A DNA stretch of 64,000 bases, from assembly GCA_035935465.1 (NCBI GenBank), contig DASYXA010000056.1, positions 652-64,651 of the forward strand, in the 5' to 3' direction. This stretch comes from Candidatus Limnocylindria bacterium. GTDB lineage: Bacteria > Chloroflexota > Limnocylindria > P2-11E. Each line of letters starts with the position of its first letter. Position 1 is the first letter of the stretch. Below the pieces are notes generated by a model. It did not search any database. It was not told the origin of the DNA and saw only the letters and a program-made list of their open reading frames with translations. Positions 37,988 through 48,374 of the stretch are shown piece after piece. A program made the translations under genes and the position numbers.

Positions 37988-38752
37988 ATGGCGACGTCAC
38001 GGATCGGCGCACTGTCGTTCGTCGCCCTGGCCCTCGTCAGTGCCTGCGGCCCGGTGCCGGCGCGGCCGTCCCCGCCCGTCGTCATCGCGAGCGCCTCCGC
38101 GGCACCGACAGCGGCGCGAAGCGCGACCGGTCGCCCGACGGCCACCGCGACGAGCGTGGCGAGCCCACTGTCGACCGGCACGCCGACGCCCGGTCCGACG
38201 GCCGTGGCTCCCGCGAGTCCGTCGCCGACCGCCACCGGGACGCCGGCGGCGTCGGCCACGGCGTTGGCGCCGACCCAAGCGCCGACCCAGGCGCCGACCC
38301 AGGCGCCGACCCAGGCGCCGACCCCCAGCGACTACTCGAGCCTGCCACCGGTCTGCCCCCAGACGGCGGCTAGCGGGCCGACCTGCCGGATCAACCTGCC
38401 GGGCAATGCCCCCGATGGCAGCACCACCTACCAAGCGTCGGCCCGGGACTCTGTGCTGATCCGGATCGGCGACGCGGAGCCGACGCAGGCGGCCTGTCTC
38501 AGCTTCCAGAACGGGGCGACCGTCACGATCACCCTCGACGGAAGCGCGGTTCCCGTCACCATGATCGCCTGCAGCTACGACGGATCGTTAGCCGTGTGGC
38601 GGGTCGATTACCGCTACCTGAGCCCGCCGCTGCCGCTGGGGACCCACGTTGCCGGGGCCACCGTCGCCGGGGGCACCAGCGGCGGGGCCACGTTCACCTG
38701 CGGCAACGCGGATCCGTGCCGATTTGCTCGCAGCATTGCCGTCGCGCCCTGA
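37988..38752 (+). CDS. lipoprotein with Pro/Thr/Ala-rich linker containing (APTQ)n repeat
   Basis: MATSRIGALSFVALALVSAC lipobox, GGAGG SD. Low-complexity PT linker then a Cys-containing C-terminal domain. Confidence 0.6.
   Translation: MATSRIGALSFVALALVSACGPVPARPSPPVVIASASAAPTAARSATGRPTATATSVASPLSTGTPTPGPTAVAPASPSPTATGTPAASATALAPTQAPTQAPTQAPTQAPTPSDYSSLPPVCPQTAASGPTCRINLPGNAPDGSTTYQASARDSVLIRIGDAEPTQAACLSFQNGATVTITLDGSAVPVTMIACSYDGSLAVWRVDYRYLSPPLPLGTHVAGATVAGGTSGGATFTCGNADPCRFARSIAVAP
38267..38326 (+). repeat. 5 tandem copies of 12-bp unit GCGCCGACCCAG (last degenerate), coding APTQ repeats
   Basis: Read directly in the sequence, in frame within the lipoprotein gene. Confidence 0.7.
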
Positions 38753-38932
38753 TATGAGTCCTCGCTAGAGGGTCAGACGTCCGCCGACTCTCGCGCTGAA
38801 GCCGGTCGCGACGGCGACCGCGCTGGTGCCGTGCGGCGGCTGGGAAGATCACCTCAAGGTGATGGTGCCGAGGGTGCGGTCCATGCGCGAAGCCTGGCGT
38901 GCGTCCGGCCGGACGAGTGCGGGCGCCTACGG

Positions 38933-39005
38933 AGCGGAAGACGGGACTCGAACCCGCGACCTCGTCCTTGGCAAGGACGCGCTCTACCAACTGAGCCACT
39001 TCCGC
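38933..39005 (-). tRNA. tRNA-Gly (anticodon GCC)
   Basis: Cloverleaf folded by hand: acceptor GCGGAAG/CTTCCGC, anticodon loop TTGCCAA, T-loop TTCGAGT, U73 discriminator. CCA not encoded. Confidence 0.85.
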
Positions 39006-39046
39006 GTGACGCGAAGATGACGATTATAGCGAGGGCGCGCCGCGCG

Positions 39047-40261
39047 TTACTCGCCGCGGATCAGCAGGATCGACGCGGTGAACCCGTGCAGGAAGTTCTT
39101 CCCCGCGACCGGCCCGATCTCGCCCGCCGCGAAGAAGCCGGCGACCGGCACGTCGCCGAACGCGTGCCGCACCGCGCTCACGTCGTGGTCCGGCTGACCG
39201 AAGAGCGCCGACCCGCGGCCGTTGCACGAGAAGAGGAGCGCGCCCGCGACGACATCGGATGGCCGCGTGGCGCGCTCGCGCTCGAGCACCACGCGCAGAT
39301 CCTCGCGCGCGGACTCGGCATCGCGGACCTGGAACTGGATGGTCCGCCCGACCTCGACCTGATCGCTGATCGCGATCGCGCCAGTCTCGCGGTCGACCCC
39401 GACGACGTTGCGGACCAGGAAGTCGCCGCGGCCCAGCTCGGGCTTGGTCTCGGTGATGGCGCTCCCGACGTGCAGCCCGCGCCGGATGAGCAGCTGGTCC
39501 CGCTCCGTCGACTCGGCGTAGAGCTCCTCGATCCGGGTCATTGCCGGCATGCCGCCGATCTCGAGCAGGACGTTGCGCTCCGCACGCGTGACCGCGTACG
39601 TCTTCCCCACCGGGCGGCAGCCCTGCGACACGACGGTCGTCATCCCGCCACCGGTGAGGATCGCGCCGACCGCGCCGTCGCGGAGGATCTCGTCGTTGAA
39701 ATACAGCGAGTTCCGCCCGGCGTCGAGGCCACCCGACGCCATGCCGCCCACGATCGGGATGCCGGCGCCCGTGTCGTTCAGGTGGTCGAGCAGCACGTCC
39801 GCCGGGAACGAGAACGGGTCGGCGAGCATGAGGATCACCGGCTCTTCGTCGGGCGACGGCAGACCCTCGAGCCCCTCGACGATCGCGTGGTCATCCTCGC
39901 GCTGGAACGTCAACCGGAATGGCTGCACGCCGGTGCCCGGCAGCGATGCCGCCCACGCCGCGATCGCCGGGGCATCTTCGATCTCGCGGTGCGCCCCGAT
40001 GACGCCGCCCGCCGAGCAGCCGAGGACCGTCGCACCGCCGACGCGCTCGGTCGCGATGTCGATGATCGCGCGCTGCACGTCCTCGTGCTGTGGCGACACG
40101 AACAGGAGCACGAGATCCGCGGGACGATCGCCCAACGGCGCGAGCGCCGCATCGAGCGCCGCCCGCGCAGCCTGGCGACCGTCCTCGAGCGTGGAGAGCC
40201 CGGCGCCGACGCAGGGCCGCGTTCCGGTCGACGTCGCGGTGCCGGTGCGATCGGTGGCCAC
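39047..40261 (-). CDS. FIST-domain sensory protein (FIST N + FIST C)
   Basis: Typical FIST layout (LVLLFVSPQ..., GCSAGGVIG..., C-terminal GEIGPV). Start GTG 40259-40261 is chosen. The longer ORF to 40423 has an implausible low-complexity N-terminus. Confidence 0.65.
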   Translation of the reverse strand: MATDRTGTATSTGTRPCVGAGLSTLEDGRQAARAALDAALAPLGDRPADLVLLFVSPQHEDVQRAIIDIATERVGGATVLGCSAGGVIGAHREIEDAPAIAAWAASLPGTGVQPFRLTFQREDDHAIVEGLEGLPSPDEEPVILMLADPFSFPADVLLDHLNDTGAGIPIVGGMASGGLDAGRNSLYFNDEILRDGAVGAILTGGGMTTVVSQGCRPVGKTYAVTRAERNVLLEIGGMPAMTRIEELYAESTERDQLLIRRGLHVGSAITETKPELGRGDFLVRNVVGVDRETGAIAISDQVEVGRTIQFQVRDAESAREDLRVVLERERATRPSDVVAGALLFSCNGRGSALFGQPDHDVSAVRHAFGDVPVAGFFAAGEIGPVAGKNFLHGFTASILLIRGE

Positions 40262-40298
40262 GAAACGAGCGTACCGCGCGCGAAAAGCGCCGGACGTG

Positions 40299-40535
40299 CT
40301 AGTTGATGCGGAGGGGCAGGCGGACGACGCGGCCGCGGGTCGCGACCAGCCGAGCGACGGCCCGATCGTCGATGAACGGAGCGCCCGCCGCAGCACGCCA
40401 GACGTGACCGACGGTCTCGCCACTCGGGCAGAGCATCAGCGCGCCGCTCTGCACGGACACGAAGGCGGAGCGTGGATCCACCTGATGCGTTTCGCGGATG
40501 CAGACGAAGTCCAGAAGGCGGTCGTCGTTCATCGG
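40299..40535 (-). CDS. small hypothetical protein (78 aa)
   Basis: MNDDRLLDFVCIRETHQVDPRS... open frame ending at the stop 40299. No clear SD. Could be spurious. Confidence 0.3.
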   Translation of the reverse strand, partial: PMNDDRLLDFVCIRETHQVDPRSAFVSVQSGALMLCPSGETVGHVWRAAAGAPFIDDRAVARLVATRGRVVRLPLRIN

Positions 40536-40627
40536 CCGTAGTGCAGCATCACGCGGCCGCCGGCACCTGCTCCGTTCGGGGGAACAACGGCCGGCGGTCC
40601 CCCATCCGGGTGACCGTTCCGGAGGCC

Positions 40628-41179
40628 CTAGTCGAAGTCGACGTCCTCGGTCTTCACCGTCCCGGCCGTCCGGCCCGGCGCCGTCTGGTACGTCCAGTAG
40701 AGATTCGTATGCGCGATGACCTGGGCGGGCGGCGGCGCGCCCCACGCCGTCTGGTCCTCGGTCGTGTGGGCATCGCTCACGAGGGTCGCGTCGTAGCCCC
40801 GCGCGAACGCGCCGTGCAGGGTCGACCGGACGCACGCGTCGGTCTGCGCCCCCGCGACGACGAGGCGGCCGACCTTGAGGCCGGAGAGCACGGACTCGAG
40901 GGTCGTCTCCTCGAACGAGTCGCCGTAGTGCTTCTCGACGAGCGGCTCGGCCGCGTGCGGCGCGAGCTCGGGGACGATGCGCCAGCCGTCGGTCCCGCGC
41001 ACCACGTTCTCGTCGGAGTGCTGGACCCACACGACCGGGACCCGCTGCCGTCGCGCCTTCTCGACGAGGCTGCGGACGTTGGCGACGACCGCGTCACGCT
41101 CGTGGTGCCCGTTGACGACGCCGTTCTGCACATCGATGACGAGGAGGGCGGTGTTGGGCCGGTCCTTCAGGGTGGTCAT
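40628..41179 (-). CDS. isochorismatase-family cysteine hydrolase
   Basis: ALLVIDVQNG (Asp), K, and catalytic Cys in VVAGAQTDACV. 183 aa. Confidence 0.8.
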   Translation of the reverse strand: MTTLKDRPNTALLVIDVQNGVVNGHHERDAVVANVRSLVEKARRQRVPVVWVQHSDENVVRGTDGWRIVPELAPHAAEPLVEKHYGDSFEETTLESVLSGLKVGRLVVAGAQTDACVRSTLHGAFARGYDATLVSDAHTTEDQTAWGAPPPAQVIAHTNLYWTYQTAPGRTAGTVKTEDVDFD

Positions 41180-41331
41180 CGTCTCCCCTTCTGCGCCGAC
41201 GGCCCGCGCTGGAGCCGCGTCGCGTCGCCAGTCTGCCGTTCGGTCCGGCGACGCGGAGATTATCGTCGTGACGCGCCAGGGCGTTCGCGCTGGACGAGGT
41301 CGGCGTATCGCGTGGGAGGTGGCTGGACACC

Positions 41332-41817
41332 ATGAGCGAGAAGAACCCGGCCCGGAAGGCGGCGCCGAAGTCCACGGGCACCCCGGCGATCGGCACGGCG
41401 TCCAAGGGATCCACGGGATTCACGGCCGAAGAGCGCGCCGCGATGAAGGAGCGTGCCCGGGAGCTGAAGGCCGCCGCGGGCAAAGCCGAGGAGGAGAGCG
41501 CCGTCCTCGCCAAGATCGCCGCGATGGCCGAGCCGGATCGCGCGCTGGCCAAGCGGCTGCATGCGATCATCACGGCCGGCGCGCCGGCCCTCTCGCCGAA
41601 GCTCTGGTACGGGATGCCCGCCTACGCCACCGACGACAAGGTCGTCTGCTTCTTCCAGGACGCCCGGAAGTTCAAGACGAGGTACGCGACGCTCGGCTTC
41701 AGCGACGCCGCGCACCTCGACGATGGCTCCCTCTGGCCGACCGCCTACGCGCTGACGCGGTTGACCCCCGCCGACGAGGCCCGGATCCGCGCACTCGTGA
41801 AGAAGGCGGTGCGCTAG
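41332..41817 (+). CDS. DUF1801 (YdhG-like) domain protein
   Basis: LWYGMPAYA...KVVCFFQ pattern characteristic of DUF1801. Confidence 0.55.
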   Translation: MSEKNPARKAAPKSTGTPAIGTASKGSTGFTAEERAAMKERARELKAAAGKAEEESAVLAKIAAMAEPDRALAKRLHAIITAGAPALSPKLWYGMPAYATDDKVVCFFQDARKFKTRYATLGFSDAAHLDDGSLWPTAYALTRLTPADEARIRALVKKAVR

Positions 41818-41858
41818 AGGCCCACGATCGGCGGACCGGCCCCGTTCGGGGGTCCGCG

Positions 41859-43708
<1,850 letters not shown>

Positions 43709-43712
<4 letters not shown>

Positions 43713-44566
43713 TTGCTCGCGAGGAGCTTCTGGCCCTCTGGGCTCTTGGCGAACTCGACGAGCGCGGCGATCGCCGGCTTCAGCGTGCCGGCCGAGGCGC
43801 TGTAGACCATGTACAGGGGGCGGCGCATCGGGTACGCGCCGCTCGTCAGGTCCGCGATCGTCGGCGCGACGCCGTTCACCTTGAGCAGCTTGATCTTCGG
43901 ATCGGCGAGCGTCTTCGCGGTGATCGTGAGCATGCTGACCCCGTCCTGGAACGAGTAGAGCGATTTCAGGGTGGAGTCGGCGCTATCGACCGGCGTGTAG
44001 TCGCTGCGGTACGCGGACTTGCCGTCGAAGATGTACTGGTCGAAGATCTGGCGGGTCGCGGCCGTCGGTTCGCGAACGAACACCTTGATCTCGCCCGGTG
44101 TCCCGCCGACCTGCGACCAGTTCTTGATCTCCCCGGCGAAGATCGCGCGGATCTGGTCCTTCGTGAGATCCGAGACCGAGTGCCCGGCGCTCACCGCGAC
44201 ACCGGTGCCGGAGACGCCGATCTGCAGCTGCGCGACGGCCTGCTTCTCCGCCGCCGTCATCTCGCGGCTCACGCCGCCGAGGTCGGCCTCGTTGCGCTGG
44301 ACCGAGGCGATCGCGGCGTCCGACCCGACGTTCTCGATGTCCCACAGCACGCCGGGATGCAGCTCGGTGAACCGGGTCGTCAGCTTGGTGATCTCCGGGA
44401 TCGTGCCGCCGCCGCCGCTGACCCGGTAGCGGCCGCTCAGGGGGTCGACCTGGGTCTTCGTGGCGGTCGTGCCGCAGGCGCTCGTGGCGATCGCGAGCGC
44501 GACCGCGACGCTCGCCAGCCTGGCGAGCGCGGAGGACCGCCGGTTGGTGGAGGTATCGGTATTCAT
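43709..44566 (-). CDS. PstS-family (phosphate-binding-like) periplasmic binding lipoprotein
   Basis: Lipobox LAIATSACG. Type-2 PBP fold blocks (SGGGGTIP, VQRNEADLGGVSREMTAAE). Start MNTDTSTNRR at 44564-44566. Confidence 0.7.
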
Positions 44567-44574
44567 ATCGCGTC

Positions 44575-45127
44575 GATTCTTGACCTCCCGCCGGCCTACG
44601 TCAGTCACCCTTTCGGGGGTGAAAACAGGCCCCCAGCCCCATCCACTCGCGCGCTGCCCCATTCGCCTCGGCGCGATCGGCTCGAACAAGCCGAACGCGT
44701 CCGGACCTCGCATCTTCTTCGCAGGCGATGCACCTACCGCATCCAGCACCCCGACGGCCGTCGAGGTCGTTGATCACGAGCTCCGGGTCGTCCGAGTGGC
44801 AATCGCGATGCGCGACCGATTCATCGAGCTTGCGACATCGTGGCGGAACAGGGCCTATGACCTCGGCCTCGGCTTCGGCGTCGCAGTGGGTACGCGACCC
44901 TCGGGCGGATCGGGTACGAAGGCCGCTACGACGACGCCGCGATCGGGAACGTCACGATCCTTGCGTCTCGCTTGTCGAGCCGCGCCGATGGCGGGCAGAT
45001 CCTCGTGTCACAGCGGCTGAATGCCGCGATCGAGCACCCACGTTCGAACCGAACCGGTCGGCGAGATCGAGCTCAAGGGGATGAGTCGACCAGTCCGAGC
45101 GTTCGCCTTCGCCGCCTCCAGGCAGTG
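44575..45127 (+). pseudogene. degenerate class III nucleotidyl (adenylyl/guanylyl) cyclase catalytic-domain remnant, at least 2 frameshifts
   Basis: Across three frames: ...FFAGDA..DHELRVVRVAIAMRD..YDLGLGFGVAVG / YATLGRIGYEGRYDDAAIGNVTILASRLSS.ADGGQILVS / EPVGEIELKGMSRPVRAFAF. No N-terminal partner domain. Abuts the 3' end of tRNA-Phe. Confidence 0.4.
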
Positions 45128-45200
45128 ACCGATCTCGCTGGTGCGTCGGCTCCTGGGTCTCGAGCCGCGGACACCTGAAGCCCCCCAGGAAAGCGCTCTG

Positions 45201-45273
45201 TGCCGAGGGCCGGACTTGAACCGGCGACACATGGTTCTTCAGACCATTGCTCTACCAGCTGAGCTACCTCGGC
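45201..45273 (-). tRNA. tRNA-Phe (anticodon GAA)
   Basis: GCCGAGGTAGCTCAGCTGGTAGAGC...CTGAAGA...GGTTCAAGTCCGGCCCTCGGCA with A73. CCA not encoded. Confidence 0.85.
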
Positions 45274-45387
45274 GAGTTCCGGCTTGATTTCACGAATCGG
45301 CCAGCGAACCATCCTTCTTTGGCGGTCCCTGGCGACCGCCCAGACCATTGCTCGCCGTAGACCATTGCTCATCCCATTGTCGCGGCT

Positions 45388-46013
45388 GCCGGCGTACTTC
45401 GCCAGCGTCGTCGGGTAGCGCTTCAGCTCCGCGGTGATGAGCTTCCCGTGATAACGGCGGAGCATGTCCACGCTTCCCCAGCCGCCCATCTGGACGATCG
45501 CGGTCTCGGGGATCCCGGTCTCGAGGGCGTCACGCGCCCGGGTGTTCCGGTTGCGATGCTGCTTGGACCCGCTGATGCCGCGCCGCTGCAGCTCGCGGCG
45601 GAGGCGCTGCTGCATCACGTGCAGCCGCCTTCGCTGAACCCGTGTCCAGACTCGGTCAGGAAGAGCGGCTCGCTGCCGTCACCTGCGGCCTCCGGCCGCA
45701 GCTCGTTGAGGGCGCAGGACGGCCTCGCCGGTGCTGGTGAGTGCGTAGACCGCCGCGCCGGTCCGACGCCTCCGGCCGCGAGGGTCCGGGCGGCCGTGGT
45801 GATGAAGCCAGCGCGGATGCGGCCGGCGAGGATCCGCCGGGTAACCGCCGCCCGGACGAGGGCAGGAGCGCCGAGCCGTCGAGCAGGAACGCCTCGACCT
45901 GGTCGGCGGTGAGGTAGTGGAAGCATGCGAGCTGAAGCAGCGTCTCGAGCACGCGGCTCGTGACCACCGTCACCGGGCGATCCTGCGTCCCACGGCCTTC
46001 CGTCGTTGCTCAT
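45388..46013 (-). pseudogene. tyrosine-recombinase (phage-type integrase) catalytic-domain remnant, frameshifted across 3 frames, N-terminal half missing
   Basis: Box-I-like RVLETLLQLACFHYLTADQVEAFLLD, then PLFLTESGHGFS, then box II HRNRNTRARDALETGIPETAIVQMGGWGSVDMLRRYHGKL (R..H..R..Y). These are in different frames and lie next to tRNA-Phe. Confidence 0.55.
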
Positions 46014-46147
46014 CTGTGCGGAACTTGTAGTCGAGTTGTTTCGTTCATGCGAGTAGATATCGCATAGGTTGACGCGCGTCGAGGCGGGGTTGAGTTAAGA
46101 GGAAGCTGGCAAAGCTCCGCTAAATACGCCGACGGAGGCGACCCCGA

Positions 46148-47587
46148 ATGACCAGGCTCACTTCTTGGTTACGCTCCATCCTCGTCATCGTTCTTGCCAT
46201 CATCGGCGTGCTCATCTATGGACGACCCGCCGTCGCCGATCCGCCTCAACCTCGTGACGTGATCAATATCGGGAACCCGGTGAACCTCCCGCTGACCCCA
46301 GCGCAGGAGTCGCAAGACCAGCGCTTCCGCTCAGCTTTCGGTTTCACTTCAAGCGCGGCCTACATCGAGAACCTATATGCCCGGCAGGCAACCGGCGTAT
46401 CTACGGGCCTCAGCCGCAATTGGGGCACTCTCCTGACAGCGGGCGAAGCCGCCAACATGATGGCGCGACAGCGACTCATTGAAGTTGTCGGCCCAGGCCC
46501 AATTGCTGTCGCCGCAAATCAGCTAACGCCTTTCGGGTCCTATCTTGCACGTCACGTTGACGAATTCGGGGGCGAATACTTCGACCAAATGGCAGATGGC
46601 GCTGTCACGGTTCTCTTCACAAGAAACGTCGAGGCACACCGCGTCGCCCTGGCGTCGATTCTCGGATCGGTTGCCGCGACGCATCTCCGCGTAGTGAGCG
46701 CGAAGCATACCTATCTGGAGCTGAAGACATTCGCCGCACAAGTCGCGGCCGATGCCGCAGCGTTGAGAGATCACGGCGTCGCACTGTCGTCATTCGGTCC
46801 GGACGTTGCACTGAATAGAGTCACGCTGCGAGTCCCACTCGTGACTCCACCAATAGAATCAATCCTGACAACTCGATATGCGGGCAAGCCCTGGCGCCTA
46901 GAGAACGCTCCTCCCCCACGGACCTTCGGCGAGACAGCGAAAGAAGCGCCCCCGATGATGGGCGGCCTGTACATCGCCAACGGCACGTTTGCCTGCGCGT
47001 CAAGTTTCGTGGTGACCAACGGTTCCACGAATGCCATTCTGACTGCGGGCCACTGCGGAGCTGACGGAGAGTGGTTCCAGGGCGACTTCCTCTTCCCGTA
47101 CGACGTTGGGTCGACAACGACACGCGTCTTTGACGTTCCAGGGGACGTCGAGGTCATTCCGCTACAGACACAAACGGATGCCTCCCACTACGTGTACATC
47201 TCGACAACATCGTGCGGATTCCTCTGCACCTCGCACAACCTGCGCGTGATCTCACGGTCGGAGGCGGATGCCGTGGTCGGCGAGCTCACCTGTATCTCGC
47301 TCGTGAATGAGAAGACCGAACAGTGCGGCGGCGTGACAGCAATCAACCAATGTGTGATCTACCCGGACAACGGCAACGTTCAGGTGTGCAACCAGGTCTT
47401 TTCATGGTTAACGGCGACGCCTGGCGACAGTGGCGGTCCCTTCTACCAGACGCTCACGGACGGAACCTCCATGGCCCAAGGAATCCTGAGCGGGACGCCT
47501 AATGCAGGAGGCACAAACTACACGCAGATCTCGGCGGCATACCGAGCCATCAGCGCCGCCGGCGGTGGCACGTGGGCTGTCTACTAG
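46148..47587 (+). CDS. secreted S1-family (chymotrypsin-fold, alpha-lytic/streptogrisin-like) serine protease with N-terminal pro-region
   Basis: N-terminal TM/signal LRSILVIVLAIIGVLIY. LTAGHCG (His) and GDSGGP (Ser) blocks. Noticeably lower GC than surroundings. Confidence 0.75.
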   Translation: MTRLTSWLRSILVIVLAIIGVLIYGRPAVADPPQPRDVINIGNPVNLPLTPAQESQDQRFRSAFGFTSSAAYIENLYARQATGVSTGLSRNWGTLLTAGEAANMMARQRLIEVVGPGPIAVAANQLTPFGSYLARHVDEFGGEYFDQMADGAVTVLFTRNVEAHRVALASILGSVAATHLRVVSAKHTYLELKTFAAQVAADAAALRDHGVALSSFGPDVALNRVTLRVPLVTPPIESILTTRYAGKPWRLENAPPPRTFGETAKEAPPMMGGLYIANGTFACASSFVVTNGSTNAILTAGHCGADGEWFQGDFLFPYDVGSTTTRVFDVPGDVEVIPLQTQTDASHYVYISTTSCGFLCTSHNLRVISRSEADAVVGELTCISLVNEKTEQCGGVTAINQCVIYPDNGNVQVCNQVFSWLTATPGDSGGPFYQTLTDGTSMAQGILSGTPNAGGTNYTQISAAYRAISAAGGGTWAVY

Positions 47588-47609
47588 CGACGTCCTCGGA
47601 TTGCGGCAA

Positions 47610-47858
47610 ATGAACCGCGCCCGGCCAATCGCGGCGATTGCCGGCGTCCTCGTAACCGCCGTCGTGCTTGGCATAGTTTGGATGACCCGTCGGTGCTACG
47701 CACCCTGCGTTCCAACGCCGGAATCAACGGCCTGCACACTCGCGCAGATCGTCGCGTGCCCCGTGGACCCAGTGATCGTAGGCGTCGCCATCTTGTTGGG
47801 TCTAGCTGTGGCCTCTTGGGTTGCGAGGATCCTGCGATCAACGTCGCCGAGAGTCTGA
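47610..47858 (+). CDS. small Cys-rich two-TM membrane protein (82 aa)
   Basis: MNRARPIAAIAGVLVTAVVLGIVW ... CYAPCVPTPESTAC ... VIVGVAILLGLAVASWV. 22 bp after the protease stop. Confidence 0.45.
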   Translation: MNRARPIAAIAGVLVTAVVLGIVWMTRRCYAPCVPTPESTACTLAQIVACPVDPVIVGVAILLGLAVASWVARILRSTSPRV

Positions 47859-48374
47859 GACCGACCTGCCGGGCACAGGACTGAATGGGGAGACAATGTG
47901 AGGAGATACATGGTCTTGCAAACCATGTCGTCGCTGGCACGCGGTCGGAATCTAGGCGAGGCGCATGATGGACCTCACGGAACGGCACGCAAGCGACTCT
48001 GCTACTTCTATTGGACATTCGCGGACCTGGAGCCGCGAGAGAGTGCGCGGGATTCGGGATGATCCGTGGCGGTCGCGGAGGATCGTCGCCAGACCGGCGT
48101 CTCACGGTCGTCGGTCGGCTCGTCGACGAGCGCGACAACGAGCAGAACGCGCCGATCCCGGTCGCGGTACGAAGGCCGCGGACGCTCGCGTCCAGCTCAT
48201 GCCGAGCTCGTGACGCGCGCGGCCCGAACCGAACGTCGCGGTGTGTCGCGATCGGAGAGCCAGCACGTCATCGTCGACCCGCGCGGAGGGCCGCGCCGTG
48301 GCTGACCGGATGTGGGAGAGGACAGCCTTCCCCACGCTGCCACCGGCTTCGGTAGCGTGCGCTGATCGAGCCGA

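Noticed and set aside
38267-38326. CRISPR array
   Set aside because: The only tandem repeats are 12-bp in-frame coding repeats, and there are no spacer-like unique units or cas genes. No CRISPR was seen elsewhere in the window.
38694-38999. ORF beginning MAQLVERVLAKDEVAGSSPV, and the similar tail of 45073..45618
   Set aside because: This is the classic spurious translation of a tRNA gene (tRNA-Gly and tRNA-Phe respectively). A tmRNA-like element here was also considered and not supported.
45241-45370. Full attL/attR direct repeats of the tRNA-Phe 3' end
   Set aside because: Only a 12-bp internal tRNA segment is repeated, not the 3' end. I report it as a remnant signal rather than defined att sites.
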